Of a stretch of DNA of 64,000 bases, positions 37,763 through 47,961 are shown piece by piece (position 1 is the stretch's first letter; every line of letters begins with the position of its first letter). The stretch spans positions 32,001-96,000 of IMG/VR virus record IMGVR_UViG_3300020470_001313; one strand, 5' to 3'. The DNA is from a virus. The notes beneath the pieces are model-generated. The model searched no databases and was not told the origin of the DNA. It was given only the letters and a program-made list of their open reading frames with translations. The position numbers were made by a program, and so were the translations under genes.

Positions 37763-38548
37763 TTAAATTGCCTCATCTTGACCGCTAGTAGGATTACGCT
37801 TCTTACCGTCACCAAAATCTTCCCATGTTTCACCGAATCCAAAATCATCATCTGCATCAGCAGTGATAGGATCTGGTTGTACAGTATAGCGAACTTCTCT
37901 TGGTGCAGTACCAACATTGGTACTTGTATAAGAATCGGTAATAACCTTCTTGATTGTAGAGGATTCTTGTACAGGACCGTAGATGTATGTCTTAGCAGTA
38001 AAACTTAAAGTGTAAATGATTGCGCGACGAGTGGCAAAATTACCCTCATACTCATCATCATAGTCAATATTATTAATAACGACAGGAACATCCTTTGTTT
38101 CATTGAGTCCTGGGACCAACTTGAGGGGTAAGTTATAACTTGGCTGGAAATAAGGTAAAATCTGTTCCAGAATTTCAAGGCCGTCATCTTGATTTTTAGA
38201 TATAATTGCTAACTCAAATCCTACACTATATGGAACTGGCATATATGCCACCTTACTCTTATCTGAAGTACTTGTTACTGTTATCTTCTGAGTAGGACTA
38301 ACCTTTCTTGTAGGATCATAATCAATACTAGTTATCTCAAATGAGATTCTAGGAAGAGTAATACCTACTCTTTTGTTTGTTGGATCAGGAGTCTGTTCCA
38401 AACGTGCTAAAAACTTTTGCTTAGGACCATAAGCTAGAGGCACTTTCATGACCTCACTGCCTTGTTTGATCTCTATATTATTAAACAGAGTACCAAATCC
38501 AACAACGGTCTTTCTAAAGACTTCGTGATAAAAATATTTTCCTAGCAT
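37763..38548 (-). CDS. gp15: Tail sheath stabilizer
   Basis: FGTLFNNI, KVPLAYGPKQKFL, LPRISFE, EQILPYFQP. Confidence 0.96.
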   Translation of the reverse strand: MLGKYFYHEVFRKTVVGFGTLFNNIEIKQGSEVMKVPLAYGPKQKFLARLEQTPDPTNKRVGITLPRISFEITSIDYDPTRKVSPTQKITVTSTSDKSKVAYMPVPYSVGFELAIISKNQDDGLEILEQILPYFQPSYNLPLKLVPGLNETKDVPVVINNIDYDDEYEGNFATRRAIIYTLSFTAKTYIYGPVQESSTIKKVITDSYTSTNVGTAPREVRYTVQPDPITADADDDFGFGETWEDFGDGKKRNPTSGQDEAI

Positions 38549-39708
38549 TAGATTGTTAAGTCAGTAGTAGAACCAATGGATCCAAATGGATTACCTTCGG
38601 AGAAATCAATAATGTCATCATCAGCTGTCTCAAATGTGTAGTTCTGGTCAACTTCACTATTAGTATTATCTATAGTATTATAAGATTCAGGACTCCAGAG
38701 AGCACCAGATGATTGACCTTTAATATTCTCTCCAGTATTAAATGTACCTGTACGATTTATAACTTGAAGTGTTCTAGTGCCAGCATCCCAAGATTTGACC
38801 TCTGCTTGTGTATCCTTCGGTGAATTACCAAAGGTTACAGTTGGTGCTGAAGTATATCCAGTACCAGCAGTATTTATAGTAACTCCAGTTACCAATCCTC
38901 CAGCAGATATTACAGCAGTTCCAGCAGCACCAGATCCACCTCCACCACTGAATGTTACAGTAGGAGCAGAAGTATAAAACTCACCACCATCAGTAATGGT
39001 AACACTGTCAACACCATCACCAGATATAGTAGCAGATCCAACGGCAGTATTAAGATCCCCAATGACAATCTCACCAACTGTAAAAGCACCAGACCCACCA
39101 GTACCCATGACAAACGCCGTGGAGTTACTAAAGGCGTATTCAATAGCATCAATGTCAGCAATACCAGTATCAAGATCTTCATTAGAGTACTCAAATATTT
39201 CGCATTGCATTTCCCAGACGTATCCTTTACCTAACTGGTAAAATGGTCTTTCTGCTTCTACGAATTTAATTTCAAATAAATGTTTTGTTGTCGGGAACCA
39301 AACTAAATCTCCTTCATTAGGTCTACCTTCAACATTTAATGTAACGTTATTATCAACCTTCTCAGTAAACTTTTCACGGGAAACAATAAAGGTTGTCTTG
39401 TCTTCTATTCTAACACCAAATTTAGTTAGGAGTTCTCCTTGTCCTTCCCAACCTTCAACGTTGTTAACATATGCTCTGATAGGATATGCATTATTAAATG
39501 TACTAGTATCTATCTCATCTAGAACATTATCTCTTCCAACATAGGTTCTAGGTAGATAATAAACATCTTGTCCATACAACTCAATAGACTCCACAACAAG
39601 ATTCTCCATGAACTTACGTTCTTGATCAGAACCATTAATGTTCAATCTACAGGCAGAACTGTAATCTGACTGTACACAATCTTTTGCTGGAGTGTTTGAG
39701 TATGCCAT
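38548..39708 (-). CDS. gp14: Neck protein with inserted beta domains
   Basis: ESIELYGQDVYYLPR, RPNEGDL, FYQLGK, DFSEGNPFG. Confidence 0.95.
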   Translation of the reverse strand: MAYSNTPAKDCVQSDYSSACRLNINGSDQERKFMENLVVESIELYGQDVYYLPRTYVGRDNVLDEIDTSTFNNAYPIRAYVNNVEGWEGQGELLTKFGVRIEDKTTFIVSREKFTEKVDNNVTLNVEGRPNEGDLVWFPTTKHLFEIKFVEAERPFYQLGKGYVWEMQCEIFEYSNEDLDTGIADIDAIEYAFSNSTAFVMGTGGSGAFTVGEIVIGDLNTAVGSATISGDGVDSVTITDGGEFYTSAPTVTFSGGGGSGAAGTAVISAGGLVTGVTINTAGTGYTSAPTVTFGNSPKDTQAEVKSWDAGTRTLQVINRTGTFNTGENIKGQSSGALWSPESYNTIDNTNSEVDQNYTFETADDDIIDFSEGNPFGSIGSTTDLTI

Positions 39709-39709
39709 A

Positions 39710-40516
39710 TTAACCTACAAGATCTAGTGGTGGTATTTCATAACGATCTCTAATTTCTTCTTCCAATTGAACTTTACGAGTAGATGCATCCTCTAAGATC
39801 TGACGACCATTTAGAGTAACACCACCCAACATTTGTATACCATCATACTTACTTAGGTTACGACCCCATTGTTGCATGAAGATCGCTTCACAATAGTCTT
39901 TCAACCAGTTGTCATTATAAGCAGAAGTAAAGACTTCAGTATCAGTTCTCATAGTACAATCAACTAAAATATAGTTTCCTACTGTGAGTTCATCCCAACT
40001 GAAATCAAGATATAGTTTATTCTCAACCCTATTATATCTAATTCTACGATTAGCACGAGAGTTAGTTACCCAATCAAGTGTCTCAAGATATTGAGAAACC
40101 ATGTAGTAATGTAGGATTTGAGAGTTCGTGAATGCGTAAATATCATTCAAGAAAATCTGATACTTAATGTTGAACATGTTACCAGGTACAACACTACTGC
40201 TACTTAAATTAGCATATACCTGATTAATTCCTACCACGCCAGGAGGTAGATCAACACTAAGATTATTCTTTGTCCAGTCAGTTGAACCTACTTGAGTAGC
40301 ACCTTTTGCAAAAGTTTTAATATCTTCAGTAACTTCAATTTTAATCAACTGTTTTTGAGAACCATCGTAATGATACTCTTGCCAATAATCAATCGCTTCC
40401 TCCACCAGATCATCCAATTGTTCATCACATACGTTGATGTCAATGGCAGGATAACCTAGTCTTCTTAGAGCATAATTTTTTAGCTCGGTTTTACTTGCGG
40501 GTCTTGTAGCAGACAT
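39710..40516 (-). CDS. gp13: Neck protein
   Basis: LRRLGYPAIDINV, QWGRNLSKY, GGVTLNG. Confidence 0.96.
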   Translation of the reverse strand: MSATRPASKTELKNYALRRLGYPAIDINVCDEQLDDLVEEAIDYWQEYHYDGSQKQLIKIEVTEDIKTFAKGATQVGSTDWTKNNLSVDLPPGVVGINQVYANLSSSSVVPGNMFNIKYQIFLNDIYAFTNSQILHYYMVSQYLETLDWVTNSRANRRIRYNRVENKLYLDFSWDELTVGNYILVDCTMRTDTEVFTSAYNDNWLKDYCEAIFMQQWGRNLSKYDGIQMLGGVTLNGRQILEDASTRKVQLEEEIRDRYEIPPLDLVG

Positions 40517-40522
40517 TTTTTA

Positions 40523-43500
40523 TTAAGCGAATGAGGATATAGTCAAAGTAGTTACATCATTAGCAGCGACAGCTTCTCCAACCTTGAAGAATCCATCAAC
40601 ATTATCAACAGTAATTAAACTCGTACCCATAGCAGTGATAACTCCAGTAGTACCAGAGGTTGCTCCAGTTACTGTTGCACCAACTTCCATCGTTGTGATA
40701 TCAGCAAGTGCGAAGGTTGCATGAGTGAATACTGTAGCAGTATTAATCGTTGCGTTAGCAAAGATTGTAGCAATATCAATAGTTGAACTATTACCATGAA
40801 TAGCAGATACAGGTATCGTTGCACTGTTACCATGAATTGCAGAAACAGGAATGGTAGCACCATTACCATGAATAGCACCAACAGACAGGGTAGCAGTGCT
40901 ACCGTGGATAGCACCAACCGTAGTTGTTGCATTACCATGAATAGCAGCAACACCAGTAACTGCGTTACCATCTCCAGATCCATCAATTGTGATAGTGTCA
41001 GAAGCAGCATATCCAGTACCATCATTATTAATTACAGCACTTACTACGTGTCCAGATGAATTGGTAGTAATATCAAGAGTCAATCCAGTACCAGAGTTAT
41101 TAGTAGTTGTAGAAACACCAGTTATAGTTTGACTAGCAGGGTATCCAGTACCAGCTACCATTATTGAATTAAGAGTCTCAACACCAGTTGCATTAGCATT
41201 AGTTAATGTGATTGTATCTGATGCAGCATAACCAGAACCATCGTTAACGATAGTCATTCCAGTTACAGAACCAGATCCATTAACAGCAACAGTAACTGTT
41301 AATCCAGAACCAGATCCACCTGTTGTAGTTGCAACTGTGCCAGCAGAATAACCTGAAGCAGCAGCAGTAATAGAACCAAGTGTAGCAACACCAGATGCGT
41401 TAGCATTGGTGATTGTAATTGAATCACTATTAGCATAATTCAAACCATCATTATTAACTGTTACTCCAGTTACTCCACCAGATCCATTAACTGTAATGTC
41501 AACAGTTAAACCAGTACCAGATCCACCTGATGTGGTGGCAATTGCAGATCCCGCAGAATAACCACTACCAGCAGCAGTGATAGTTCCAAGTGTATTAACA
41601 CCAGATGCATTAGCGTTAGCAATCGTAATTACTTCAGAAGCAGCATATCCTGATCCATCATTGTTAATTGAAACACCATCAACAACACCGTTAGTAACAG
41701 TAACGTCAACAGTCAATCCAGTACCTGAACCAGATGATGTTGTTGCAAGAGCAGTACCTGTACCATATCCAGTACCGCCAGATGCAATTGAACCAAGTGT
41801 CTTAACACCAGATGCATTGGCATTGGTAATTGTAATTGTCTCAGCATTAGCATAACCAGATCCATCATCATTAATAGTTACTCCAGTTACGGCACCATTT
41901 CCATCAACTGTAATGTCAGCAGTTAATCCAGTACCAGATCCAGATGCAGTTGTTGCTATTCCAGATCCAGCAGCATAACCTGTTCCAGCAGTTGCAATAG
42001 AACCAAGAGTTCTAACACCTGTTGCATTTGCGTTAACAATAGTGATTGTGTCATCTACAGCATATCCTGTACCAGCAGCATTAATTGCTGCGTTAGTTAC
42101 AACACCATTAGATGTTGTAAGATTAAGTGTTAAACCTGATCCACTTCCTCCAGTAGTTGCAATAGCAGTTCCATTCGCATATCCTGTACCACCAACGAGA
42201 GTATCAACAGTGGAAGCACCACCAGCATTAGCATTAACAACTGTAATTGTTTCTCCGTTAGCGTATCCTGTACCTGGTGCGTTAACTGCAATGTTTGTAA
42301 TATTACCATTTCCATCAACAGTAGTGTCAAAGGTTAATCCAGATCCACTTCCACCTGTTGTAGCAACTCCTGTAGCAGAACTAAATCCACCAACACCACC
42401 TGATAATGTACCCAAGTTCAAGGTAGAAACACCACCAAGGTTAGGGTTAGTGATTTGTAGATTATCTCCAATTAAATATCCTGAACCAGCACCATTTACA
42501 GCAAGAGCAGTTATAGCACCAGCAGCATTGACTGTAGTATCAACTGTCAATCCAGTACCAGTACCACCAGATGTGGCAACAGCAGTTCCAGCACTGAATC
42601 CACCAAGACCACTAGCAGTGATTGATCCAAGACTTACAACAGTTCCTGGTGTAGGATCTCCAGATAGATTAAGTGTTAATGTTGTAGAAGTAGCAAGGTT
42701 GTTTAACATAGCACTAAGTTGTGCGTATGCATTATCAAGTTTTGCTTGAACTCTTGCTTCTGTATAGTAAAGGTTAGTTCCCTCAGCAAGATCAGCAGTA
42801 TCATGGTTGTTAAGGTTTGCTGCCTGAGTAGCAGTTGCAGGAGTAATATCTCCAGTACCATCAAAGGCAGTACCACCAATATTTCTTGCGGTTGCTAAAG
42901 CAGTTGCAGTTGCAGCATTTCCAGAGGTATCCTGATTACCCGCTGTATTAACGCCAGGAAGGTTTATAGCAGCAGTACCATCAAATGATACTCCACCAAT
43001 GTTTCTTGCCGTTTCAAGGGCAGTAGCAGTGTCTGCGTTACCTGTAACATCACCAGTCAAATTACCAGTCACATTACCTGTTATTGTACCACCTGCTTCA
43101 ATATCATCCGTCCAGATCTTACTCCATCTATGAGTAGTCGTTCCTAAAGTATAAGAACTATCTGTGTCAGGTTTAATATTCTTAGAATCTGTAGTTGCAG
43201 CAAGAAGGTTACCAGTTACATTACCAGTAACAGATCCAGTTAGTGATGCTGTAATAACACCAGCAGCAAAGTTACCCGATGCGTCACGAATGACTAGGTT
43301 GTTTGCAGAATTAGCAGAGTTAGATGTAATTGTAATACTTGGATCACCAGCAACACCACCACCATTTGTAATACCAATACCACCACCAGATACCTGAATG
43401 GTACGTTGAGCATAAGTGTTGGCAGCTGTACGGGCAACCAGACCTGTTCCACTCATTCCTGCCAAAGCAGTTATATCTGCATCATCATAGGTAGTAGTAA

Positions 43501-46500
43501 CCGTAAAGTCTGCACTACCATTAACTGAAACCGAACCATTTACTACACCATCAATGGTGAGAGTTCTAGCAGTTTTCCAAACATCAGCAGAAGTTGCGTT
43601 ACCTTGAATACCTGCACCAGCTCCAGCAGCACTTTCAACAGTGATGATATGAGCAGAGAAGTCTCCAGAAGAGTCACGAGCAACAACTGTAGAGTTTGTA
43701 GCAGCAGTTGCAGTTGTCATTCCATCTAACAAGTCTGCGTTAAGGTTAGTAATCTTAACTGTGTTAGGAATAACTAAAGCAGGACCAGAGGAAACTTGTG
43801 AAATTAATTGTCCGTCAACAGTAATAGTACCATCAACGTTTACGTTGTTATCTACATCAAGAGCAGTACCAGCACCAGTAATATTAACTGCACCAACCTG
43901 TAAAGTACCATCAGTTCCACTAAATGTCTCAGCACTATTGGTTGCGTCAGTTAAAAGTCTAAATGTATTGAGGTTGTTATCCCATCCAAGGAATCCAATT
44001 CTTGCAGCAGTATCGTAGTATCTAAACTCAATACCACGATCTAAACCATCATTAGAAGTAGGAGCAGTAGCACCACCAAGAGTCATTACGGGATCTTCTA
44101 CCGTAGTGACCGTACTTTCAACAGTAGTTGTAGATCCTAGTACGGTGAGGTTTCCACCCACTTGGAAATTATTTCTTACTTCAGCATTACCTGAAGATGT
44201 ATCTACAAAGAAACTATTCTGAGTTCCAACAGTATCATATACAATGAAATCTCCACCAGTGTAAAGGTTCTTATCTACTCTTGCACCACCAGCAGTTGTT
44301 AATGATACCTGAGCATCAGCAAAGGATGTAATATCCTTAGTATCTGTGATAGTAATCTTACCAGCAAATGCTGCATCATCAGTCTGAGTTAAAGTTCCTG
44401 TAGTTTCTAAGTTACCATAAACTCTTGCACTACCACCAATAGCAGTGTCTCTAGCAATACCAACACCACCAGTTACTTGTAATGAACCATCAGCAGCATA
44501 AGATCCTGTTAAGGTTTGCTGTGTGTTGTTAGTAATAGATGTAATACCAGTAACACCTAGAGTGTTGTTAATACCAGCAGCAAGAGATACGTCTAGTGTA
44601 CCTGAGATATTTGTATTACCATTATCAGTATCTACTGTAAACTTATCTACAGCACCAGCAGTCTGAATCTTGAACATCTTATTATCAGACTTGACAATAA
44701 GATCATCTTGAATAGTTGTAGCACCATCAACATTTAATGTGCTATCAAAATCAACTGCATCCTGACCATTCAGTGTACCTTTAATAATTGTATTACCAGT
44801 TGAAGATGCAACTGTAAATTTATCAGTAGTTCCAGATCTAACTGCAAAGTCATTATCTACATCTACAGTTCCATTGAACTCTGAATTATTTGTAACTTCT
44901 AATGTTCCACCAATAGTTGTATTACTATCAACGTTAAGAGTTGAATTTAACTCAGTGTGTCCATCAGCAGTTAGAGTACCCTCAATATTAGTATTACCAG
45001 TTACGTTGTCAACAAAGAACTTATCAGTTGTACCATTTCTAACTGCAAAGTCTGCATCTACGTCAACAGTACTATTAAATTCTGTGGCACCAGTTACAGT
45101 TACGTCACCATCTATTTGTACATCTCTACCAAGAGTAGTATCACCATGAACTGTGAATGTACCTACAGTTGCTGAACCAGTTGAAGATATACCAACAACT
45201 GTATTACCAGTAGGACCATCAACACTAAACTTAACTGTATCTCCAGAGTTTTTCTTACCTACAAATAAACCTTCTCCAGTACCAGTACCACCAATGTGTA
45301 ATGAAGTATTAATACCAGCACCACCATATACTCTTAAGTTAGAAGTGTTATGGTTTGAGTAACTTGGAGTGTATGCAGAAACAGAACCAGTACGTAATTT
45401 ATAACGTATTGATAGGTAGTTCCTTAAACCGTAGTTCTCAGTTGCGTCTTCTTGCTGGTTAAAGTCACCGTTAAGATATAAATCACCATTGAATAATACA
45501 TTCTTATCAAAGTATGCACCACCATCTACTCTTAATGCACCATAATCATTATTCTGAATTGAGTGAGGAGCACCAGATAGAATATCAGGATTATCTGTAG
45601 ACTCAAAATGAACAAGACCAGCTACATTTAACTGTGCAGCAGCATCAATATTACCAGTTTGATTTAATACACCACCAATGTCAACATTACCTGTAGTGGT
45701 ATGAAGTGTAGTCTTAGTAGTTCCTGAACCATTCTTAAGTTCTAAAGTCTTAGAAGCACCTTGGAATACAATATTATCATCAAATCTACTTGTACCATGA
45801 GTACGGAAGTTAGTATCTACATCTAACGTACCACCAATATTTACATCTTGTGTAATACCAACACCACCTGCAACTACCAAATCTCCAGTAGTATTAGATG
45901 TTGAGTTAGTATTTGTTGTTAGTTTTAAGTTACCAGCGATGACCCCTGCATCTGTTCCAGAGAATACCTCTGAGGTATTTGTGGCATCGTAGAGGAATGT
46001 GAATGCTCCTGTATGGCCTCCAAGATCAGCGGCCGAATCGTCGTAACCAAAGAATCCAATTTTTGCGCTTGCGTCGTAATATCTGAATTCAACTCCTCTA
46101 TCCTTATTGTCGTCTGACGCAGGAGCAGTATCCCCGCCAAGAGTAACGATAGGATCATCAACAGCAAGAGTGGTTGAATTAACCGTTGTAGTTGTTCCAT
46201 CTACTTGTAAATCTCCACTTACTACTACGGTTCCAGTGATCGCACGATCATCACCTGGATCCAAATACATTGTTGCATTACTAGTAGCAATATAATTGGT
46301 TTGTATTTTTACATCTTCTATATGAACTTTACCAGTTGCTTCAGTAGCATCAATAGTTACAGTATCTTCTGCTTGAATAACAACATTACTTGTTCCAGCA
46401 CCAGTATTAGCAGCAACAAGTGTTAGGTTTCTAGCATTAGCACTGTTCTGAGATATTCCAAGGGTGAAGTTTCCATCACCTGTCTTGCTTATTGTCTGAT

Positions 46501-47881
46501 TAGTTGCTCCATCAAATGTTACATCGGGGTCACTGAAGTAAGATCTGACGTTAATATCAATCTCTCCACTGCCACTGTCGCCAGTATTATTAGCACCGAA
46601 TAGAAGATTCCCTGAAGTATCGTTAATTTTAACATAGTTTAAATAATCAAATCCATGATGTGAACCAGCTACAGTTAATTCCTGATCTAGTTCAAAGTGT
46701 TGTTGCGTGTTGTTATCAGAGAAGGATATTCTATTGTTTTGAAGTTGAGTATTATCAACACCCAAAGCACTGATGCTGACATGACCGTTATCATCAACAT
46801 CAAAATCTTCCTGTGCAAAGGAAGCGAGACCTTTCTGTTCCGTCTTCGCCGCAGCAAGATATCTCCATCCTCCAGTATCAGAAGCATCCGTATGAGTAGG
46901 TGCGCCACCTCCAGACGCAATGCCTGTAATAGCCTGATAAACCTTCGTAGCGTTCTCAATAATATCGTAACGTACATATGTTGTACCTGCATTATAAGCA
47001 GCATACTTACTACCTTCTATTGCAGTAGCAATAGGAATAGTTTCTGCTGAAGTAAATCTACCCCACTGATCAACTGTGAATTGTGTTGTGTTTACAGTTA
47101 TATCAGAGTTAGTTGGAAGATCATCACCACCAACTGAAATAAGAGCTGGAGCATTATATGCACCAACATTAGCAATGAACTCTGCTTCTGATGCAATAGT
47201 TGTATCAATAAGGTCAATAGTTGGGTTACCAGCTACACCACTACCATTAACAATAGAAATCTTACCAGAAGAACCCTGAAGAGTTCTAGGAATCATATTA
47301 CCTGCTGATGCCCTAGTAATCAAACCTGTTGCAGTCATTCCTGCAATAGATGTTAAGTCAGTATCTAATGGTTGTACGTCTGTTAAACCGAGATCAACAT
47401 AAGAAGAAGGTGAAGCACCTGTAGTAATCCTACCTTTCGCGTCTACTGTTACCTTTGTATATTGCCCTGAAGAAGTTGTTGTACCATCATAATGTGGTAA
47501 TGTAGTTAAGATCTGTAATTGTGCCGATATTGATAAGTTAGAAGATCCATCAAATGTGCCCGAACCTGCTAAGTCACTTGATAACTGTATCTGACGTGGG
47601 TTTGCTAGTCTGGATGCTGTAGCAGCATTACCGATAACAGTTGCGGTGATAGATCCTGCACTAAAATTACCGTCTGCGTCCCTTGCGACAAGAGTGTTTG
47701 CTGTGTTAGCAACTGACTCTATCGGTCTAGCATATGGCAGCGTGTTCCAACCCCTAACACCATCACCAATTTTGAATCGGTTTGTATCAAGTTCAATTCC
47801 AAGTTCACCTTGGGCTAACGTTGGGTTTTCGTTTGCCCACTCTTGAGCACCCCCTCGTCTTAGTTGAATTCTATTAGCCAT
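40523..47881 (-). CDS. Giant fibre/adhesin-like virion protein (2452 aa)
   Basis: N-terminal RIQLRRG...NPTLAQGELGIELDT.RFKIGDG fibre motif; several G/T/A-rich repeat families. Confidence 0.9.
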   Translation of the reverse strand: MANRIQLRRGGAQEWANENPTLAQGELGIELDTNRFKIGDGVRGWNTLPYARPIESVANTANTLVARDADGNFSAGSITATVIGNAATASRLANPRQIQLSSDLAGSGTFDGSSNLSISAQLQILTTLPHYDGTTTSSGQYTKVTVDAKGRITTGASPSSYVDLGLTDVQPLDTDLTSIAGMTATGLITRASAGNMIPRTLQGSSGKISIVNGSGVAGNPTIDLIDTTIASEAEFIANVGAYNAPALISVGGDDLPTNSDITVNTTQFTVDQWGRFTSAETIPIATAIEGSKYAAYNAGTTYVRYDIIENATKVYQAITGIASGGGAPTHTDASDTGGWRYLAAAKTEQKGLASFAQEDFDVDDNGHVSISALGVDNTQLQNNRISFSDNNTQQHFELDQELTVAGSHHGFDYLNYVKINDTSGNLLFGANNTGDSGSGEIDINVRSYFSDPDVTFDGATNQTISKTGDGNFTLGISQNSANARNLTLVAANTGAGTSNVVIQAEDTVTIDATEATGKVHIEDVKIQTNYIATSNATMYLDPGDDRAITGTVVVSGDLQVDGTTTTVNSTTLAVDDPIVTLGGDTAPASDDNKDRGVEFRYYDASAKIGFFGYDDSAADLGGHTGAFTFLYDATNTSEVFSGTDAGVIAGNLKLTTNTNSTSNTTGDLVVAGGVGITQDVNIGGTLDVDTNFRTHGTSRFDDNIVFQGASKTLELKNGSGTTKTTLHTTTGNVDIGGVLNQTGNIDAAAQLNVAGLVHFESTDNPDILSGAPHSIQNNDYGALRVDGGAYFDKNVLFNGDLYLNGDFNQQEDATENYGLRNYLSIRYKLRTGSVSAYTPSYSNHNTSNLRVYGGAGINTSLHIGGTGTGEGLFVGKKNSGDTVKFSVDGPTGNTVVGISSTGSATVGTFTVHGDTTLGRDVQIDGDVTVTGATEFNSTVDVDADFAVRNGTTDKFFVDNVTGNTNIEGTLTADGHTELNSTLNVDSNTTIGGTLEVTNNSEFNGTVDVDNDFAVRSGTTDKFTVASSTGNTIIKGTLNGQDAVDFDSTLNVDGATTIQDDLIVKSDNKMFKIQTAGAVDKFTVDTDNGNTNISGTLDVSLAAGINNTLGVTGITSITNNTQQTLTGSYAADGSLQVTGGVGIARDTAIGGSARVYGNLETTGTLTQTDDAAFAGKITITDTKDITSFADAQVSLTTAGGARVDKNLYTGGDFIVYDTVGTQNSFFVDTSSGNAEVRNNFQVGGNLTVLGSTTTVESTVTTVEDPVMTLGGATAPTSNDGLDRGIEFRYYDTAARIGFLGWDNNLNTFRLLTDATNSAETFSGTDGTLQVGAVNITGAGTALDVDNNVNVDGTITVDGQLISQVSSGPALVIPNTVKITNLNADLLDGMTTATAATNSTVVARDSSGDFSAHIITVESAAGAGAGIQGNATSADVWKTARTLTIDGVVNGSVSVNGSADFTVTTTYDDADITALAGMSGTGLVARTAANTYAQRTIQVSGGGIGITNGGGVAGDPSITITSNSANSANNLVIRDASGNFAAGVITASLTGSVTGNVTGNLLAATTDSKNIKPDTDSSYTLGTTTHRWSKIWTDDIEAGGTITGNVTGNLTGDVTGNADTATALETARNIGGVSFDGTAAINLPGVNTAGNQDTSGNAATATALATARNIGGTAFDGTGDITPATATQAANLNNHDTADLAEGTNLYYTEARVQAKLDNAYAQLSAMLNNLATSTTLTLNLSGDPTPGTVVSLGSITASGLGGFSAGTAVATSGGTGTGLTVDTTVNAAGAITALAVNGAGSGYLIGDNLQITNPNLGGVSTLNLGTLSGGVGGFSSATGVATTGGSGSGLTFDTTVDGNGNITNIAVNAPGTGYANGETITVVNANAGGASTVDTLVGGTGYANGTAIATTGGSGSGLTLNLTTSNGVVTNAAINAAGTGYAVDDTITIVNANATGVRTLGSIATAGTGYAAGSGIATTASGSGTGLTADITVDGNGAVTGVTINDDGSGYANAETITITNANASGVKTLGSIASGGTGYGTGTALATTSSGSGTGLTVDVTVTNGVVDGVSINNDGSGYAASEVITIANANASGVNTLGTITAAGSGYSAGSAIATTSGGSGTGLTVDITVNGSGGVTGVTVNNDGLNYANSDSITITNANASGVATLGSITAAASGYSAGTVATTTGGSGSGLTVTVAVNGSGSVTGMTIVNDGSGYAASDTITLTNANATGVETLNSIMVAGTGYPASQTITGVSTTTNNSGTGLTLDITTNSSGHVVSAVINNDGTGYAASDTITIDGSGDGNAVTGVAAIHGNATTTVGAIHGSTATLSVGAIHGNGATIPVSAIHGNSATIPVSAIHGNSSTIDIATIFANATINTATVFTHATFALADITTMEVGATVTGATSGTTGVITAMGTSLITVDNVDGFFKVGEAVAANDVTTLTISSFA
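40690..42650 (-). repeat. 8 long (~70 aa) plus 8 short (11-12 aa) intragenic repeats
   Basis: Long: G.GLT.D.TV...V..N.G.GY....ITI.NANA.G; short: ATIPVSAIHGN-type. Confidence 0.9.
45925..46200 (-). CDS. Candidate nested +1-frame gene: TM plus coiled coil
   Basis: 91 aa; GGAG 12 nt upstream; host-frame GC3 elevated over the same interval. Confidence 0.45.
   Translation of the reverse strand: MEQLQRLIQPLLLLMILSLLLAGILLLRQTTIRIEELNSDITTQAQKLDSLVTTIRPLILEAIQEHSHSSTMPQIPQRYSLEQMQGSSLVT
46519..46635 (-). CDS. Candidate nested +1-frame 38-aa TM peptide
   Basis: MLKLTILQGIFYSVLIILATVAVERLILTSDLTSVTPM (manual translation). Confidence 0.3.
   Translation of the reverse strand: MLKLTILQGIFYSVLIILATVAVERLILTSDLTSVTPM
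46687..47004 (-). CDS. Candidate nested +1-frame membrane protein
   Basis: RRRRNRK...RK cluster directly before a TM segment; ACG/GCG codons enriched in the host frame. Confidence 0.45.
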   Translation of the reverse strand: MLLIMQVQHMYVTILLRTLRRFIRLLQALRLEVAHLLIRMLLILEDGDILLRRRRNRKVSLPLHRKILMLMITVMSASVLWVLIILNFKTIEYPSLITTRNNTLN

Positions 47882-47919
47882 TTGTTATATATTCGTGATG
47901 GGCACAGATCTATCCTAGA

Positions 47920-47927
47920 TATTTATA
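47920..47927 (-). promoter_or_regulatory. T4-type late promoter
   Basis: TATAAATA upstream of the fibre gene. Confidence 0.85.
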
Positions 47928-47929
47928 AC

Positions 47930-47956
47930 AAAAAAAGAAGGGGTCATGTGACCCCT
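47930..47956 (-). terminator. Rho-independent terminator
   Basis: AGGGGTC-ACAT-GACCCCT followed by TC and a T run. Confidence 0.85.
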
Positions 47957-47961
47957 GACCT

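Noticed and set aside
40690-42650. Repeats as CRISPR array or DGR template/variable pair
   Set aside because: In-frame degenerate protein repeats; no identical DNA repeats with spacers, no adenine-specific pair, no reverse transcriptase
42042-42749. Long plus-strand ORFs opposite the fibre repeats (and similar ones across 38000-64000)
   Set aside because: Pro/Val-rich antisense shadows of GGT/ACT/GCT-rich codons
46697-47050. Plus-strand 117-aa ORF in the fibre codon-anomaly region
   Set aside because: Exact codon-for-codon antisense of the fibre frame, typical shadow composition
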